Part shown: piece by piece, positions 9,861 through 20,794 of the stretch
How the letters are laid out: each line of letters begins with the position of its first letter
Numbering within the stretch: position 1 is the first letter of the stretch
Source of the DNA: an uncultured Clostridia bacterium
Lineage (GTDB): Bacteria; Bacillota; Clostridia; Christensenellales; Aristaeellaceae
Reading direction: 5' to 3'
DNA: 64,000 nucleotides
Assembly (NCBI GenBank): GCA_946187775.1
Contig: CAMHSI010000001.1
Location: forward strand, 20,988-84,987
Notes under the pieces: model-generated
Told to the model about the DNA's origin: nothing
Database searches by the model: none
What the model saw: the letters and a program-made list of their open reading frames with translations, nothing else
Program-made: the position numbers and the translations under genes

Positions 9861-9883
9861 AAAAAAAGCAGCCGGAAGGCTGC
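9861..9883 (-). terminator. Terminator of the CPBP gene
   Basis: A7 plus gcagcc-ggaa-ggctgc. Confidence 0.7.
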
Positions 9884-9911
9884 GGGTTTCGGGAGGGGGA
9901 AGCGGCGGGCT

Positions 9912-10646
9912 TCAGCCCTTCTTCATGCGTTTCAGGAGATAAAAGGCATAAAGGAGGAGCAGCGCCGCGCCGGCGGCCGCGGGAATCAGCGCAGCGGGGA
10001 GAGCACCGCCGAAAAAGCGGATCCGGGCCTCCCCGTCAGCCAGGACGGAGAAGGCGTTGAACAGGCCGTGGAAAAGCATCCCGGGAAGGAGGCTTCCGCA
10101 GGCGAGGAACAGCACTGCCAGGGTGAAGCCGACGGCGGCGGCGAAGAAAGCCTGGATACAGGTGTACACCGGAGACTGCCCGTTCAGCAGGTTGAGAAAA
10201 TGCATGAGGCCGAAGAGCAGGGAGGAAAGGACCGCGGAGCGCATCGGGCGGTTTCCCTCCAGCGCCCGGAAGAAGAATCCCCGGTAAAGAAGCTCCTCCA
10301 GGAAGCCGGCGCACAGCATGCTGATGAGGCGGAAGACAGAAACCGGAAGGGGATCCTGCAGGGAGACGCCGAAGCAAAGCTGGAGGCAAAGCACCGGAAG
10401 GAGGGGCAGGAAAAAGCCGGTCCGGGACAAAGGACTGCGGGGAAGGCAGAGGCCGTATTTTTCCGCAAGTCCGTTCCGCCGGATCCACAGGAGGAGGAAA
10501 AGGGACAGCAGCAGGTGGAAGACAGCGGGAGCCGGCAGGATGCCCGGCTTTTCCCGCAGGGATTCCGCCAGCCCGGAGCCGGCCGCAAGGAAAAGGATCC
10601 ACAGGAAGGAGAAGAGGAGCTCGTTTTGATGATACAGTTTCTTCAT
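9912..10646 (-). CDS. CPBP (CAAX protease-like) intramembrane metalloprotease
   Basis: EELLYRG, FGLMH and HGLFN motifs; multiple TMs. Confidence 0.88.
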   Translation of the reverse strand: MKKLYHQNELLFSFLWILFLAAGSGLAESLREKPGILPAPAVFHLLLSLFLLLWIRRNGLAEKYGLCLPRSPLSRTGFFLPLLPVLCLQLCFGVSLQDPLPVSVFRLISMLCAGFLEELLYRGFFFRALEGNRPMRSAVLSSLLFGLMHFLNLLNGQSPVYTCIQAFFAAAVGFTLAVLFLACGSLLPGMLFHGLFNAFSVLADGEARIRFFGGALPAALIPAAAGAALLLLYAFYLLKRMKKG

Positions 10647-10695
10647 ATATACTTCGGGCCGGGTAGGCGCCGGCGGTTCGGGAGGGAAAAAGCTG

Positions 10696-10729
10696 AAAAA
10701 AAGCCGGTACGGTTCCGTACCGGCTTTTG
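10696..10729. terminator. Terminator downstream of the DUF1858 gene
   Basis: aaaagccggtacgg-tt-ccgtaccggctttt inverted repeat with A and T tails. Confidence 0.8.
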
Positions 10730-10739
10730 CCAGGAAGCC

Positions 10740-10952
10740 TTACCGCGCTTCGGCGATTTTGGCGTTGATGGCTTCGAGCACCCGATCCACAGGCATGCCG
10801 TGCACAGCGCAGGCATCCGCAAGGGATTCCGCGCGGGAGGCGGGGCAGCCCAGGCAGTGCATGCCGATGGACAGCAGCACTTCGATCGCTTCCGGGTACT
10901 GGGTGACAATTTCGCCCACCAGCGTTTCGCCGGTGACATACGTTTCAGCCAT
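10740..10952 (-). CDS. DUF1858 domain small protein
   Basis: GMHCLGCPAS..ESLADACAVHG is diagnostic; RBS GAGGAGG. Confidence 0.9.
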   Translation of the reverse strand: MAETYVTGETLVGEIVTQYPEAIEVLLSIGMHCLGCPASRAESLADACAVHGMPVDRVLEAINAKIAEAR

Positions 10953-11032
10953 AAAAAGGTACCTCCTCGTGAATTCGCAGACAGTTTACCATCTTTAACC
11001 GCAAAAGACAACAGGAAAAAAGGGGAAGGAAA

Positions 11033-11632
11033 TCACAGGGCGCCGCGGATCAGGGCCAGCAGCTCGTCGTAGGTTTCGCAGGCGGGGAGCTCCGGATGGT
11101 CCTTCCGGATCTGCTCCGTGCTGCGGAAAAGGAAGCCGGCCTTGCTGGCCTGGATCATCCCCAGGTCGTTGTAGCTGTCCCCGGAGGCAATGGTGTCAAA
11201 CCCGATGCCCTGGAGGGCCCGGACGGTGGTCAGCTTGCTCTGGGGCACCCGGATGCGGTAGCCGGTGATCATGCCGTCCCCTCCCACCTCCAGCTCGTTG
11301 CAGAAGATGGCCGGCCAGCCCAGCTTTTCCATCAGGGGGGAGGCAAACTGGGTGAAGGTATCGGAAAGAATCAGCACCTGGGTTTCCGCCCGCAGGGTGT
11401 CGAGGAATTCCTTTGCCCCGGGCAGGGGATCGATGGTGGCGATGGTGCGCTGGATATCCTTCAGCCCCAGGCCGTGCTCCCGCAGGATGTCCAGGCGGAA
11501 GCGCATGAGCTTGTCGTAATCCGGCTCATCCCGGGTGGTGCGGCGCAGCTCCGGGATGCCGCTGGCTTCGGAAAAGGCAATCCAGATTTCGGGAACGAGT
11601 ACTCCCTCCAGGTCCAGGCAGACGATATTCAT
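11033..11632 (-). CDS. thrH: Phosphoserine phosphatase / homoserine phosphotransferase ThrH (HAD)
   Basis: CLDLEGVLVPEIW, TTRDEPDYD, ILSDTF and GDSYND. Confidence 0.93.
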   Translation of the reverse strand: MNIVCLDLEGVLVPEIWIAFSEASGIPELRRTTRDEPDYDKLMRFRLDILREHGLGLKDIQRTIATIDPLPGAKEFLDTLRAETQVLILSDTFTQFASPLMEKLGWPAIFCNELEVGGDGMITGYRIRVPQSKLTTVRALQGIGFDTIASGDSYNDLGMIQASKAGFLFRSTEQIRKDHPELPACETYDELLALIRGAL

Positions 11633-11766
11633 GGTATCAGAATCCTTTCCAGATCATTCTTCACAGCGTGCGCGAACCGCGCCCCGGAAGAATGTACCAC
11701 AGGGCCCAAAGGGCGTCAAGCAAAAAAAGGCCGCCCTCGCGCGGCAGTCAGGCGGGAAAAAACGAA

Positions 11767-12759
11767 TCAGACGCGGCTGACAAGGGACACGGGAAGGCAC
11801 AGCTGCTGCTGCGGCAGGGAGGGATCGTGGATCCGCCTGCGGATCATCTCAATGGCGGCGCGGGCTTCTTCCTGCAGGCAGCAGTCTATGGAGGAAATGG
11901 GCTTGGGGAACTTGAGATAACCGAGGATATTGTCGAACCCGACCACCGTCAGGTCTCCGGGTACGCGGAATCCGGCGCTTTCCAGCAGGGTGATGGTGCT
12001 CCAGGCCTCCACGTCGCAGAAGGAGAAAAGGCCGGTGATTCCTTCGGCGATCCACTCCTTCAGCTGCGCAAGGATCCGGTCCGGATCCTCCAGGCAGGCA
12101 AAACGGACATTTTCCTCCGGAAGGCCGGCTTCCCGGCAGGCCCGGCGGAAACCGGTAAAGCGCTCCCGGGAGGAGAAAACCACCTGATGGTGGGTCAGCA
12201 TGGCCAGGTGCCTGTGGCCGCCGTCAATCAGATGGCGGCCGGCCAGGTAGCCGCCCTCCTCGTCGTTGCAGTAAACGCAGTCGTCCCGGGTCCCCTCCTG
12301 GTAGCGGCTGAGCAGCACAAAGGGGACCCCGGAGGAGCGAAGCATGGACAGGGCCGGGGAATCAAAGGAACAGGGGGTGATGAGGATGCCGTCCACCTGC
12401 CGGGAAAGGGCGTTTTCCACCGCCTGCAGTTCAGTATCCTGCTCCTCCCGGGAGCAGAAAACCATTACACTGTAGCCCAGGCGGCCGGCTTCCTGCTGGA
12501 TCAGGTCCGTGAGCACGGAATAGAAGGGATTCATCATGGAGCCGGCAATCAGGGCCAGGGTTTTTGTGCGCCCGGAGCGCAGGGAGCTGGCCAGGAAATT
12601 GCGCACATAGCCCATGTCCCGGGCCACCTGCTGGATTTTCAGGCAGGTTTCCCGGGAAATATCCTCTTTATTCTTCAGGGCGCGGGAAACGGTGTTGACT
12701 GTAAAACCCGTTGCCCGGGCGATATCCTGAAGGGTTACGCGTCCGTTGTTTTTGCTCAT
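11767..12759 (-). CDS. LacI family transcriptional regulator of the arabinan locus
   Basis: VTLQDIARATGFTVNTVSRAL HTH, RVPGDLTVVGFDN; divergent from the GH43/GH51 operon. Confidence 0.93.
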   Translation of the reverse strand: MSKNNGRVTLQDIARATGFTVNTVSRALKNKEDISRETCLKIQQVARDMGYVRNFLASSLRSGRTKTLALIAGSMMNPFYSVLTDLIQQEAGRLGYSVMVFCSREEQDTELQAVENALSRQVDGILITPCSFDSPALSMLRSSGVPFVLLSRYQEGTRDDCVYCNDEEGGYLAGRHLIDGGHRHLAMLTHHQVVFSSRERFTGFRRACREAGLPEENVRFACLEDPDRILAQLKEWIAEGITGLFSFCDVEAWSTITLLESAGFRVPGDLTVVGFDNILGYLKFPKPISSIDCCLQEEARAAIEMIRRRIHDPSLPQQQLCLPVSLVSRV

Positions 12760-12771
12760 TTTTATCCCCTC

Positions 12772-12787
12772 ACATGATCGATCATGT
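12772..12787. promoter_or_regulatory. Candidate LacI operator (autoregulatory)
   Basis: Perfect palindrome ACATGATCGATCATGT just upstream of the lacI RBS; resembles the other two operators. Confidence 0.6.
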
Positions 12788-12866
12788 TCAGCGGCCTCAT
12801 GGTATCATGAAGCACCGGAGATTGTCAATTTCCCGGGAAATTATAAAGAAGTCCGGCTTTCAGGGG

Positions 12867-12895
12867 TTGACAGGGGAGGACAAAGGTGGTATCTT
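12867..12895 (+). promoter_or_regulatory. SigA promoter of the arabinan operon
   Basis: TTGACA-N17-TATCTT with an extended -10 TG. Confidence 0.7.
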
Positions 12896-12908
12896 TTTCG
12901 ACAGAAAG

Positions 12909-12925
12909 AACATTAACGTTATTGG
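12909..12925. promoter_or_regulatory. Candidate LacI operator O1 near the transcription start
   Basis: AACATTAACGTTATTGG, a near-copy of the perfect palindrome at 12990. Confidence 0.7.
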
Positions 12926-12989
12926 AAAGGCATTCTGTCCCGGGTGGGAAATCCGGAAAAGGCAGGCTGTGCAGAATTATCTGTTTATA

Positions 12990-13009
12990 CAACATTAACG
13001 TTAATGTTG
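12990..13009. promoter_or_regulatory. Candidate LacI operator O2
   Basis: Perfect 20-bp palindrome CAACATTAACGTTAATGTTG with the central CG typical of LacI-family sites. Confidence 0.8.
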
Positions 13010-13029
13010 AGATACAGGAGAGATGACCA

Positions 13030-13974
13030 ATGACGGTAAAACCCCTGATTGAACAGAGAGCGGATCCGTATATCCTCCGGAAGGACGGATGGTATTTTTT
13101 TACTGCCTCCGTTCCTGCCTTTGACCGGATTATCCTCCGGAAAAGCCGTACGCTGGAAGGCCTGGCGGAAGCAGAGGAAATTACCGTATGGCGCAGCCAC
13201 CCGGAAGGGGACATGAGCTGCAATATCTGGGCCCCGGAGCTGCACTTCGTGGACGGCTGCTGGGTGATTTATTTTGCCGCGGCCCGGGAGGGGGCCGACG
13301 GGGAAGGCTGCTATGACCACCGCACCTACGCGCTGGTGAATCCGGCAGAGGATCCCACGGAAGGAACCTTTACCGAAGCGGGAAAGATCGAAACGGGCTG
13401 GGAAAGCTTCACGATTGATTCCACCACCACGGTTTTCGAAGGAAAACGATACTTCATCTGGGCCCAGCGGGACTTCGCCATTCCGGGAAACAGCAACCTG
13501 TATATCGCCGGGATGAAAAACGCGCTGGAGCTGGAGCTGCCGGCGGTGCGGCTGAGCATTCCGGAGTACGACTGGGAGTGCCAGGGATTCCTGGTCAATG
13601 AGGGTCCGGGGTGCCTGCAGCATAACGGGGACCTGTATGTGACCTATTCCGGAAGCGCGACGGATGAGCGGTACGCCATGGGCCTGCTGCACCTGAAGGC
13701 CGGGAGGAATCCCCTGGATGCCTCCGCCTGGGAGAAGAGCCCGGAGCCGGTGATGACGACGGAAGAAGGGAACGGGCTGTACGGCCCCGGCCACAATTCC
13801 TTCACCACGGACGAAGAGGGAAACGACATCCTGGTTTTCCACGCAAGGCCTTATCCGGGATTCCGGGGAACCGCCCTGAGCGACCCGAACCGGCACTGCT
13901 ACCTGAGAAGGGTCCGGTACACCCCGGAAGGAACTCCCGTTTTCCGGGACGGGAACGGCACCACGGAGCACTGA
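13030..13974 (+). CDS. GH43 exo-alpha-L-arabinofuranosidase-like enzyme (cytoplasmic)
   Basis: EQRADPY, IWAPELH, SFTIDST, VNEGP and GPGHNSF; no signal peptide. Confidence 0.9.
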   Translation: MTVKPLIEQRADPYILRKDGWYFFTASVPAFDRIILRKSRTLEGLAEAEEITVWRSHPEGDMSCNIWAPELHFVDGCWVIYFAAAREGADGEGCYDHRTYALVNPAEDPTEGTFTEAGKIETGWESFTIDSTTTVFEGKRYFIWAQRDFAIPGNSNLYIAGMKNALELELPAVRLSIPEYDWECQGFLVNEGPGCLQHNGDLYVTYSGSATDERYAMGLLHLKAGRNPLDASAWEKSPEPVMTTEEGNGLYGPGHNSFTTDEEGNDILVFHARPYPGFRGTALSDPNRHCYLRRVRYTPEGTPVFRDGNGTTEH

Positions 13975-13998
13975 GGCGAAGATTCAACCAATCAATAA

Positions 13999-15519
<1,521 letters not shown>

Positions 15520-15582
15520 AGAGAAGACTTCACCGGAGGGCGGTTTGCGATGAGCGAGAGACGGAGGAAAGGGAAAAAAGCA

Positions 15583-17004
15583 ATGAGGCAGGTGCTTGCG
15601 CTGATGCTTGGATGTTTGCTGCTGGCGACGGCCGGCTCCGCTGCCGCGTCCAACCGGGACCTGCCCGTTCCCCGTTTCCGGGACGCTGCGGTGCATGACC
15701 CCTCCGTCATTCGGGCAGAGGACGGAACCTGGTATATTTACGGAAGCCACATGGCAGCGGCGCGGAGCGATGACCTGATCCAGTGGACCATGATCAGCCG
15801 GGACGCCGGCAGCGGATGCACCCTGGTGGAGAACGTGCAGGAGCAGATGAAGGAAGCCCTGGAATACGCCAGGACGAACACCTTCTGGGCTCCGGACGTG
15901 GAACGGCTGGCGGACGGGAAATACTACTTCTACTACTGCACCTGCGAGGGATCCAGCCCGCTGAGCATGCTTGGACTGGCGGTGGGAGACAGTCCGGAAG
16001 GGCCCTTTGAAAACAGGGGGATCCTGCTGAAAAGCGGATATCCCGGATACAACGCGACGGTTTACCCCAACGTGGTGGATCCCTGCGTGTTCCATGACCG
16101 GGACGGAAAGCTCTGGATGGTTTACGGAAGCTATTCCGGAGGCATTTACATCCTGGAAATGGATGAAAGCACCGGAAAACCCACGGAGGGACAGGGGTAC
16201 GGGAAAAGACTGCTGGGAAAGAACCATGCCCGGATTGAAGGTCCCTATATCCTCTACAGCCCGGAAACAGAGTACTATTACCTGTTTCTGAGCTTTGGAG
16301 GGCTGGATTCCGGTGGGGGATACAACATCCGGGTCTGCAGGAGCCGGAACCCGGACGGCCCCTATGAGGACGCCCTGGGCCAGGACATGACGGCATGCGG
16401 CGGACAGCCGGGCACCTTTTTCCACGACGTGGATTATGAGGGATACGGGGTCAAGCTGATGGGAGGGTACTGCTTTGAAAACCTCCCCGGGGACACCAAC
16501 CAGTTCCGCCTGGCTTACCGGAGTCCAGGCCACAACAGCGCGTTCTACGAGGAGGAAACGGGAAGGTATTTCCTCGTGTTCCATACACGGTTTGCGGGGG
16601 CGGGGGAAAAGTTCTCCGTCCGCGTTCACCAGATGATGATGAATGAAGACGGGTGGCCGGTGGTGCTTCCCCAGCGTTACGCCGGGGAGATGCCGGAAGC
16701 GGTGGAACCGGAGCAGCGGACCGGAATCTACAAGGTCATTCTCCACGGAAGGGACATCAATGCGGAGGAGCATTCCAGCAGGACGATCCTCCTGAAGGAG
16801 GACGGGACCGTGGAGGGAGACCTTTCCGGAAGCTGGGAGAGTCCGGACGGCCGGGTTTTCCGATGCGTGCTGGACGGAGTCAGCTACCGCGGCGTGATGA
16901 ACACGGCACTGGATTCGAAGGAGGAGGCCTGGGTGACCTGCTTCTCAGCCCTGGATGAGAGCGGAGCGGCGCTGTGGGGAAGCCACGCGGCGCATGAAGA
17001 ATAA
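15583..17004 (+). CDS. Secreted GH43 endo-1,5-alpha-L-arabinanase-like enzyme with C-terminal beta domain
   Basis: Signal peptide; VHDPS, WAPDV, NVVDP, YGSYSGG, IEGPY and SPGHNS; start moved to ATG 15583. Confidence 0.88.
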   Translation: MRQVLALMLGCLLLATAGSAAASNRDLPVPRFRDAAVHDPSVIRAEDGTWYIYGSHMAAARSDDLIQWTMISRDAGSGCTLVENVQEQMKEALEYARTNTFWAPDVERLADGKYYFYYCTCEGSSPLSMLGLAVGDSPEGPFENRGILLKSGYPGYNATVYPNVVDPCVFHDRDGKLWMVYGSYSGGIYILEMDESTGKPTEGQGYGKRLLGKNHARIEGPYILYSPETEYYYLFLSFGGLDSGGGYNIRVCRSRNPDGPYEDALGQDMTACGGQPGTFFHDVDYEGYGVKLMGGYCFENLPGDTNQFRLAYRSPGHNSAFYEEETGRYFLVFHTRFAGAGEKFSVRVHQMMMNEDGWPVVLPQRYAGEMPEAVEPEQRTGIYKVILHGRDINAEEHSSRTILLKEDGTVEGDLSGSWESPDGRVFRCVLDGVSYRGVMNTALDSKEEAWVTCFSALDESGAALWGSHAAHEE

Positions 17005-17021
17005 GGCGGAGGCGGAGCGAT

Positions 17022-19907
17022 ATGAGGAAAAAGGCCGAAAAATTGCTGTCAGTTCTGCTGGCTTTGCTGTTTTTTCCGTTGGTCGGAACCGGAACGGCGG
17101 AGGAAACGGAAAACTGGATGATGTTTTCCAGCAGGACGGAGCCCTATTACAGCGAGTACCGGAAAGGCCTGACGGCGGAGACGTACAGGGGGGAAGAGAT
17201 TGCAGCCTCCATGGACCGGACGCTCCAGACGGGGGATACGGCGGAGGTTACCCTGACGGTGACGGAAAAGGCGCTGTATGAAGTCTGGATCCAGTACCGG
17301 ACGGAGACGCAAAGCGCCCTGCCCAGCGAGATGACCGTGCGGATTGACGACGCCATTCCCTTCTATGAACTCAGGAGGGTCAAGCTGAAGGCGGAGTGGA
17401 AGGATGACGGGGTCTTCCCGCTGGACCGCTACGGGAATGAAATCGCCACCACCCCGACGGCCCAGCCGGTGATCCAGGAGGCAGGCATGACTGACAGCGC
17501 AGGCTGGACGGACGGTCCCTTCCGGATTGAGCTGGAGCCCGGCGAGCACACCTTTGCCCTGGAGGTCCAGGAAGGCGCCCTCTGGATCGGGAACATCAGC
17601 CTGCGGGCGGGAGAGGAAGTTCCTGCGTACGCGGGAGAGACCGCCGAAGGGGATGGGCTGATTTCCATCAGCGCCGAAAAGATCGACACCAGGAACAAGA
17701 GCAGCATCCGGGCTGCCGGCGAATTTGACGTGAACCTGACCCCCTACGAGACGGATCACCGCAGGATGAATTTCCTGGACGGCGCCAGCTTCGACACCGC
17801 GGGGGATGAGGTCCGCTGGCGCTTTACCGCCGAAAAGGAAGGCTGGTATTACCTGTCCATGAATTACCGGCAGAGCGTGAAGGCGGATTTCCCGGTGTTC
17901 GCGGACGTGCTGATTGACGGGAAGGTGCCGAGCGCCGAGGCGGCCAGGGTACCCTTTGATTACCAGACGGGATTTGAAACCCGGACCGTGAACACCTCCG
18001 CAGGGGAGAAGCAGAGCTTTTTCCTGACCGCGGGCGAGCATACCATCGGCCTGCGGATCAGCGGGGAAAACCTGAGCCCGGTGTATGACGTGATCAACCG
18101 GGTGCTGGGAGAAATCAACGGACTGAGCCTGGAGGTCGTACGGCTGACCGGGGGAATCACTACGGACCGGTACCGGGATTATGAATTGCTGACCTATATC
18201 CCGAACCTGGTGGAGATCCTGACAGGCTGGGCGGATGAACTGGACGCGACGGTGGATTCCATGAAACAGTATTCCTCCAGCGGAAGCGGCAGCGCCTTCA
18301 GCAACCTGACCCTGGCGGCGGACCAGCTCCGGAGGCTGGCGGAAAAACCGGAGGATCTGCCCCGGCGCCTGAGCGAGCTGAGCACCGGCAGCAACAGCGC
18401 AAGCCGGATGCTGGCACAGCAGCTGCAGGATATCGCACAGAACGATCTGAGCATTGACGAGATCTGGCTCTGGCAGGAGGGAGCCACCCTGCCCGGGAAA
18501 AAGAGCTTCCTGCAGTCCACGGCGGAAGGAGTCAACCGCTTCGCCCGCAGCTTCGGAAACCAGGATTACGCGGCCGGAACCGGGAAGGAAGGCCATCTCC
18601 AGGTGTGGATGGGCCGCAGCCGCCAGTACGTGGAGCTGGTGCAGAATATGATTGACGCGGAGTTCACGCCGCAGACCGGCATCGAGGTGGACCTGGGCAT
18701 TATGCCGGACGCCAACAAGCTGGTGCTGGCCAACGCCGCCGGAACAGCCCCGGACGTGGTACTGAGCCTGCAGTATGTGGTTCCCAGCTACCTGAATATC
18801 CGCGGTGCGCTGTACGACCTGACACAGTTTGAGGATTTCGGCGAGGTGGCGCAGCGTTTCAGCAGCGGCCTGTTCATCCCCTACATCCTGGGGGACGGGG
18901 TGTACGCCATGCCGGAAACGGTCAACTTCTGGGTGCAGTTTTACCGGAAGGACATCCTGAACGCGCTGAACATCGAAGTGCCGGACACCATGGAACAGGT
19001 AAAGATGATCCTGCCTGAGCTGCAGCGCCGGAACATGAACTATTACTTCCCGACAGCGGGCATGGTGGGTATGAAGGTCTTTCCGGGAACCCTGCCGCTG
19101 ATCCTGCAGAACGGCGGCAGCATCTACGCGGATACGGTCGGGGATACAACGCTGGACAGCGAGGAAAGCCTGAAGGGCTTCCGGGAAATGACGGACCTGT
19201 TCACCGTGTACAACATGCCGACGGATGTGCCGGCACCCGGCTTCTACCAGCAGTTCCGGGACGGAACCCTCCCCATCGGCATCGCCGACCTCGCGACCTA
19301 CAACCTGCTGCTGAACGCGGCACCGGAGCTGGACGGCATGTGGGAGATCAGCCTGTTCCCGGGAACCAACGGAACCCGCTGGACCACAGGAGGCGCCGAA
19401 ACCATGGCGATCCTGAGCCAGACAAAGATGCCGGAGGAAAGCTGGACCTTCCTGAAATGGTGGAGCAGCACCGAGGTCCAGAGCCGGTTCGGGAACCTGC
19501 TGCAGAGCACCTACGGCAGTGAGTACATCTGGCCCACGGCCAACCGGGAAGCCTTTGAGAGCCTGCCCCTCAAGGCGAAGGACAAAAAGGTGATCCTGGA
19601 GCAGATGAAATGGATGACCGAGGCTCCCTGGGTACTGGGAACATACATGCTGGAGCGGGAGCTGAGCAATGCCTTCGTCAGCGTGGTGGTGGACGGAACG
19701 GACGCCAGGCGGGCGCTGGATACGGCAGTAAAAAGAATCAATCGCGAGACCTACCGGAAGCTGGAGGAATTCGGATACTACAAGGACGGAGTCATGGTCC
19801 GCGAATTCCCGACGCCCACAGTCCGGGTGGTGGAAAAACTGATTGAGGCGGCTCGGCAGAAAAACGGAAACGGGACGACCGAGGGAGAGGAGGGAGCCGG
19901 CCGGTGA
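17022..19907 (+). CDS. Giant extracellular solute-binding protein (N-terminal CBM-like beta-sandwiches and helical region; C-terminal family 1 SBP)
   Basis: Signal peptide; two beta-sandwich repeats ending LEPGEHTFAL and LTAGEHTIGL; SBP motifs AGTAPDV, YAMPET and FYRKDIL. Confidence 0.85.
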   Translation: MRKKAEKLLSVLLALLFFPLVGTGTAEETENWMMFSSRTEPYYSEYRKGLTAETYRGEEIAASMDRTLQTGDTAEVTLTVTEKALYEVWIQYRTETQSALPSEMTVRIDDAIPFYELRRVKLKAEWKDDGVFPLDRYGNEIATTPTAQPVIQEAGMTDSAGWTDGPFRIELEPGEHTFALEVQEGALWIGNISLRAGEEVPAYAGETAEGDGLISISAEKIDTRNKSSIRAAGEFDVNLTPYETDHRRMNFLDGASFDTAGDEVRWRFTAEKEGWYYLSMNYRQSVKADFPVFADVLIDGKVPSAEAARVPFDYQTGFETRTVNTSAGEKQSFFLTAGEHTIGLRISGENLSPVYDVINRVLGEINGLSLEVVRLTGGITTDRYRDYELLTYIPNLVEILTGWADELDATVDSMKQYSSSGSGSAFSNLTLAADQLRRLAEKPEDLPRRLSELSTGSNSASRMLAQQLQDIAQNDLSIDEIWLWQEGATLPGKKSFLQSTAEGVNRFARSFGNQDYAAGTGKEGHLQVWMGRSRQYVELVQNMIDAEFTPQTGIEVDLGIMPDANKLVLANAAGTAPDVVLSLQYVVPSYLNIRGALYDLTQFEDFGEVAQRFSSGLFIPYILGDGVYAMPETVNFWVQFYRKDILNALNIEVPDTMEQVKMILPELQRRNMNYYFPTAGMVGMKVFPGTLPLILQNGGSIYADTVGDTTLDSEESLKGFREMTDLFTVYNMPTDVPAPGFYQQFRDGTLPIGIADLATYNLLLNAAPELDGMWEISLFPGTNGTRWTTGGAETMAILSQTKMPEESWTFLKWWSSTEVQSRFGNLLQSTYGSEYIWPTANREAFESLPLKAKDKKVILEQMKWMTEAPWVLGTYMLERELSNAFVSVVVDGTDARRALDTAVKRINRETYRKLEEFGYYKDGVMVREFPTPTVRVVEKLIEAARQKNGNGTTEGEEGAGR

Positions 19908-20788
19908 TTACGAAAAAAAAGACACCTTATCTGTTTCTGCTTCCTTATCTGATTCTTTTTACCGTGTTCATCATCATTCCGACGGTGATGGCCGTGGGAC
20001 TGAGCTTTACCAACTACAACGCGGTGCAGACCCCCTCCTTTGTAGGACTTACAAATTACATCAACCTGCTGACCCAGGACACCATCTTCCTGCAGTACGT
20101 CCTGCCCAACACGATCCTGTTCAGCCTGGTGGTGGGCCCCGTCGGATACATGCTGGCGTTCTTCCTGGCCTGGAGCCTGAGCCAGCTGACGAAGCTGCCG
20201 CGGACGATCCTGGCGCTGATCCTTTACAGCCCCAGCATGACCATGGGCGTCGCGATGACCGTCATGTGGCGGGTGGTATTCCTGGGCAACCAGAGCGGTA
20301 TCGCCAACTATGTGCTGACCCAGCTGGGCGTGATCACGGAGCCCATCGTCTGGATGCTGAATACCAATTACATTATGCCCATCGTGATTATCGTGGCATT
20401 GTGGGGAAGCATGGGAGTCGGATTCCTGGCGATGCTGGCCGGCCTGCTGGACGTCAACCCGGAGCTGTATGAGGCAGCGGCGATTGACGGCGTGAAGAAC
20501 AGGTTTCAGGAAGTGTTCTATATTACGATTCCCAGCATGAAACCCCAGATGCTCTTCGGCGCGGTTATGAGCATCGTCAACGCCTTCCAGGCGGGTAACA
20601 TCGGCGTGATGCTGACGGGCAGCAACCCGACGCCCCAGTACGCGGCGCAGCTGATGACCAACCATATTGAGGATTACGGATTCACCCGGTATGAGATGGG
20701 ATACGCGGCGGCAGTCAGCGTCGGGCTGCTTGGACTGATCTACGCATTCAGCTTTGTGGCGCGGATGCTGTTCAGCGAAAAGGAGTGA
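19904..20788 (+). CDS. Carbohydrate ABC permease (MalF-type) 1
   Basis: FVGLTNY and EAA loop ELYEAAAIDG; about 6 TMs. Confidence 0.93.
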   Translation: MITKKKTPYLFLLPYLILFTVFIIIPTVMAVGLSFTNYNAVQTPSFVGLTNYINLLTQDTIFLQYVLPNTILFSLVVGPVGYMLAFFLAWSLSQLTKLPRTILALILYSPSMTMGVAMTVMWRVVFLGNQSGIANYVLTQLGVITEPIVWMLNTNYIMPIVIIVALWGSMGVGFLAMLAGLLDVNPELYEAAAIDGVKNRFQEVFYITIPSMKPQMLFGAVMSIVNAFQAGNIGVMLTGSNPTPQYAAQLMTNHIEDYGFTRYEMGYAAAVSVGLLGLIYAFSFVARMLFSEKE

Positions 20789-20794
20789 TGGAAG

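Noticed and set aside
9912-10646. 'Abi' family protein as phage defence
   Set aside because: The Abi label of CPBP proteins is historical; the context shows no defence genes.
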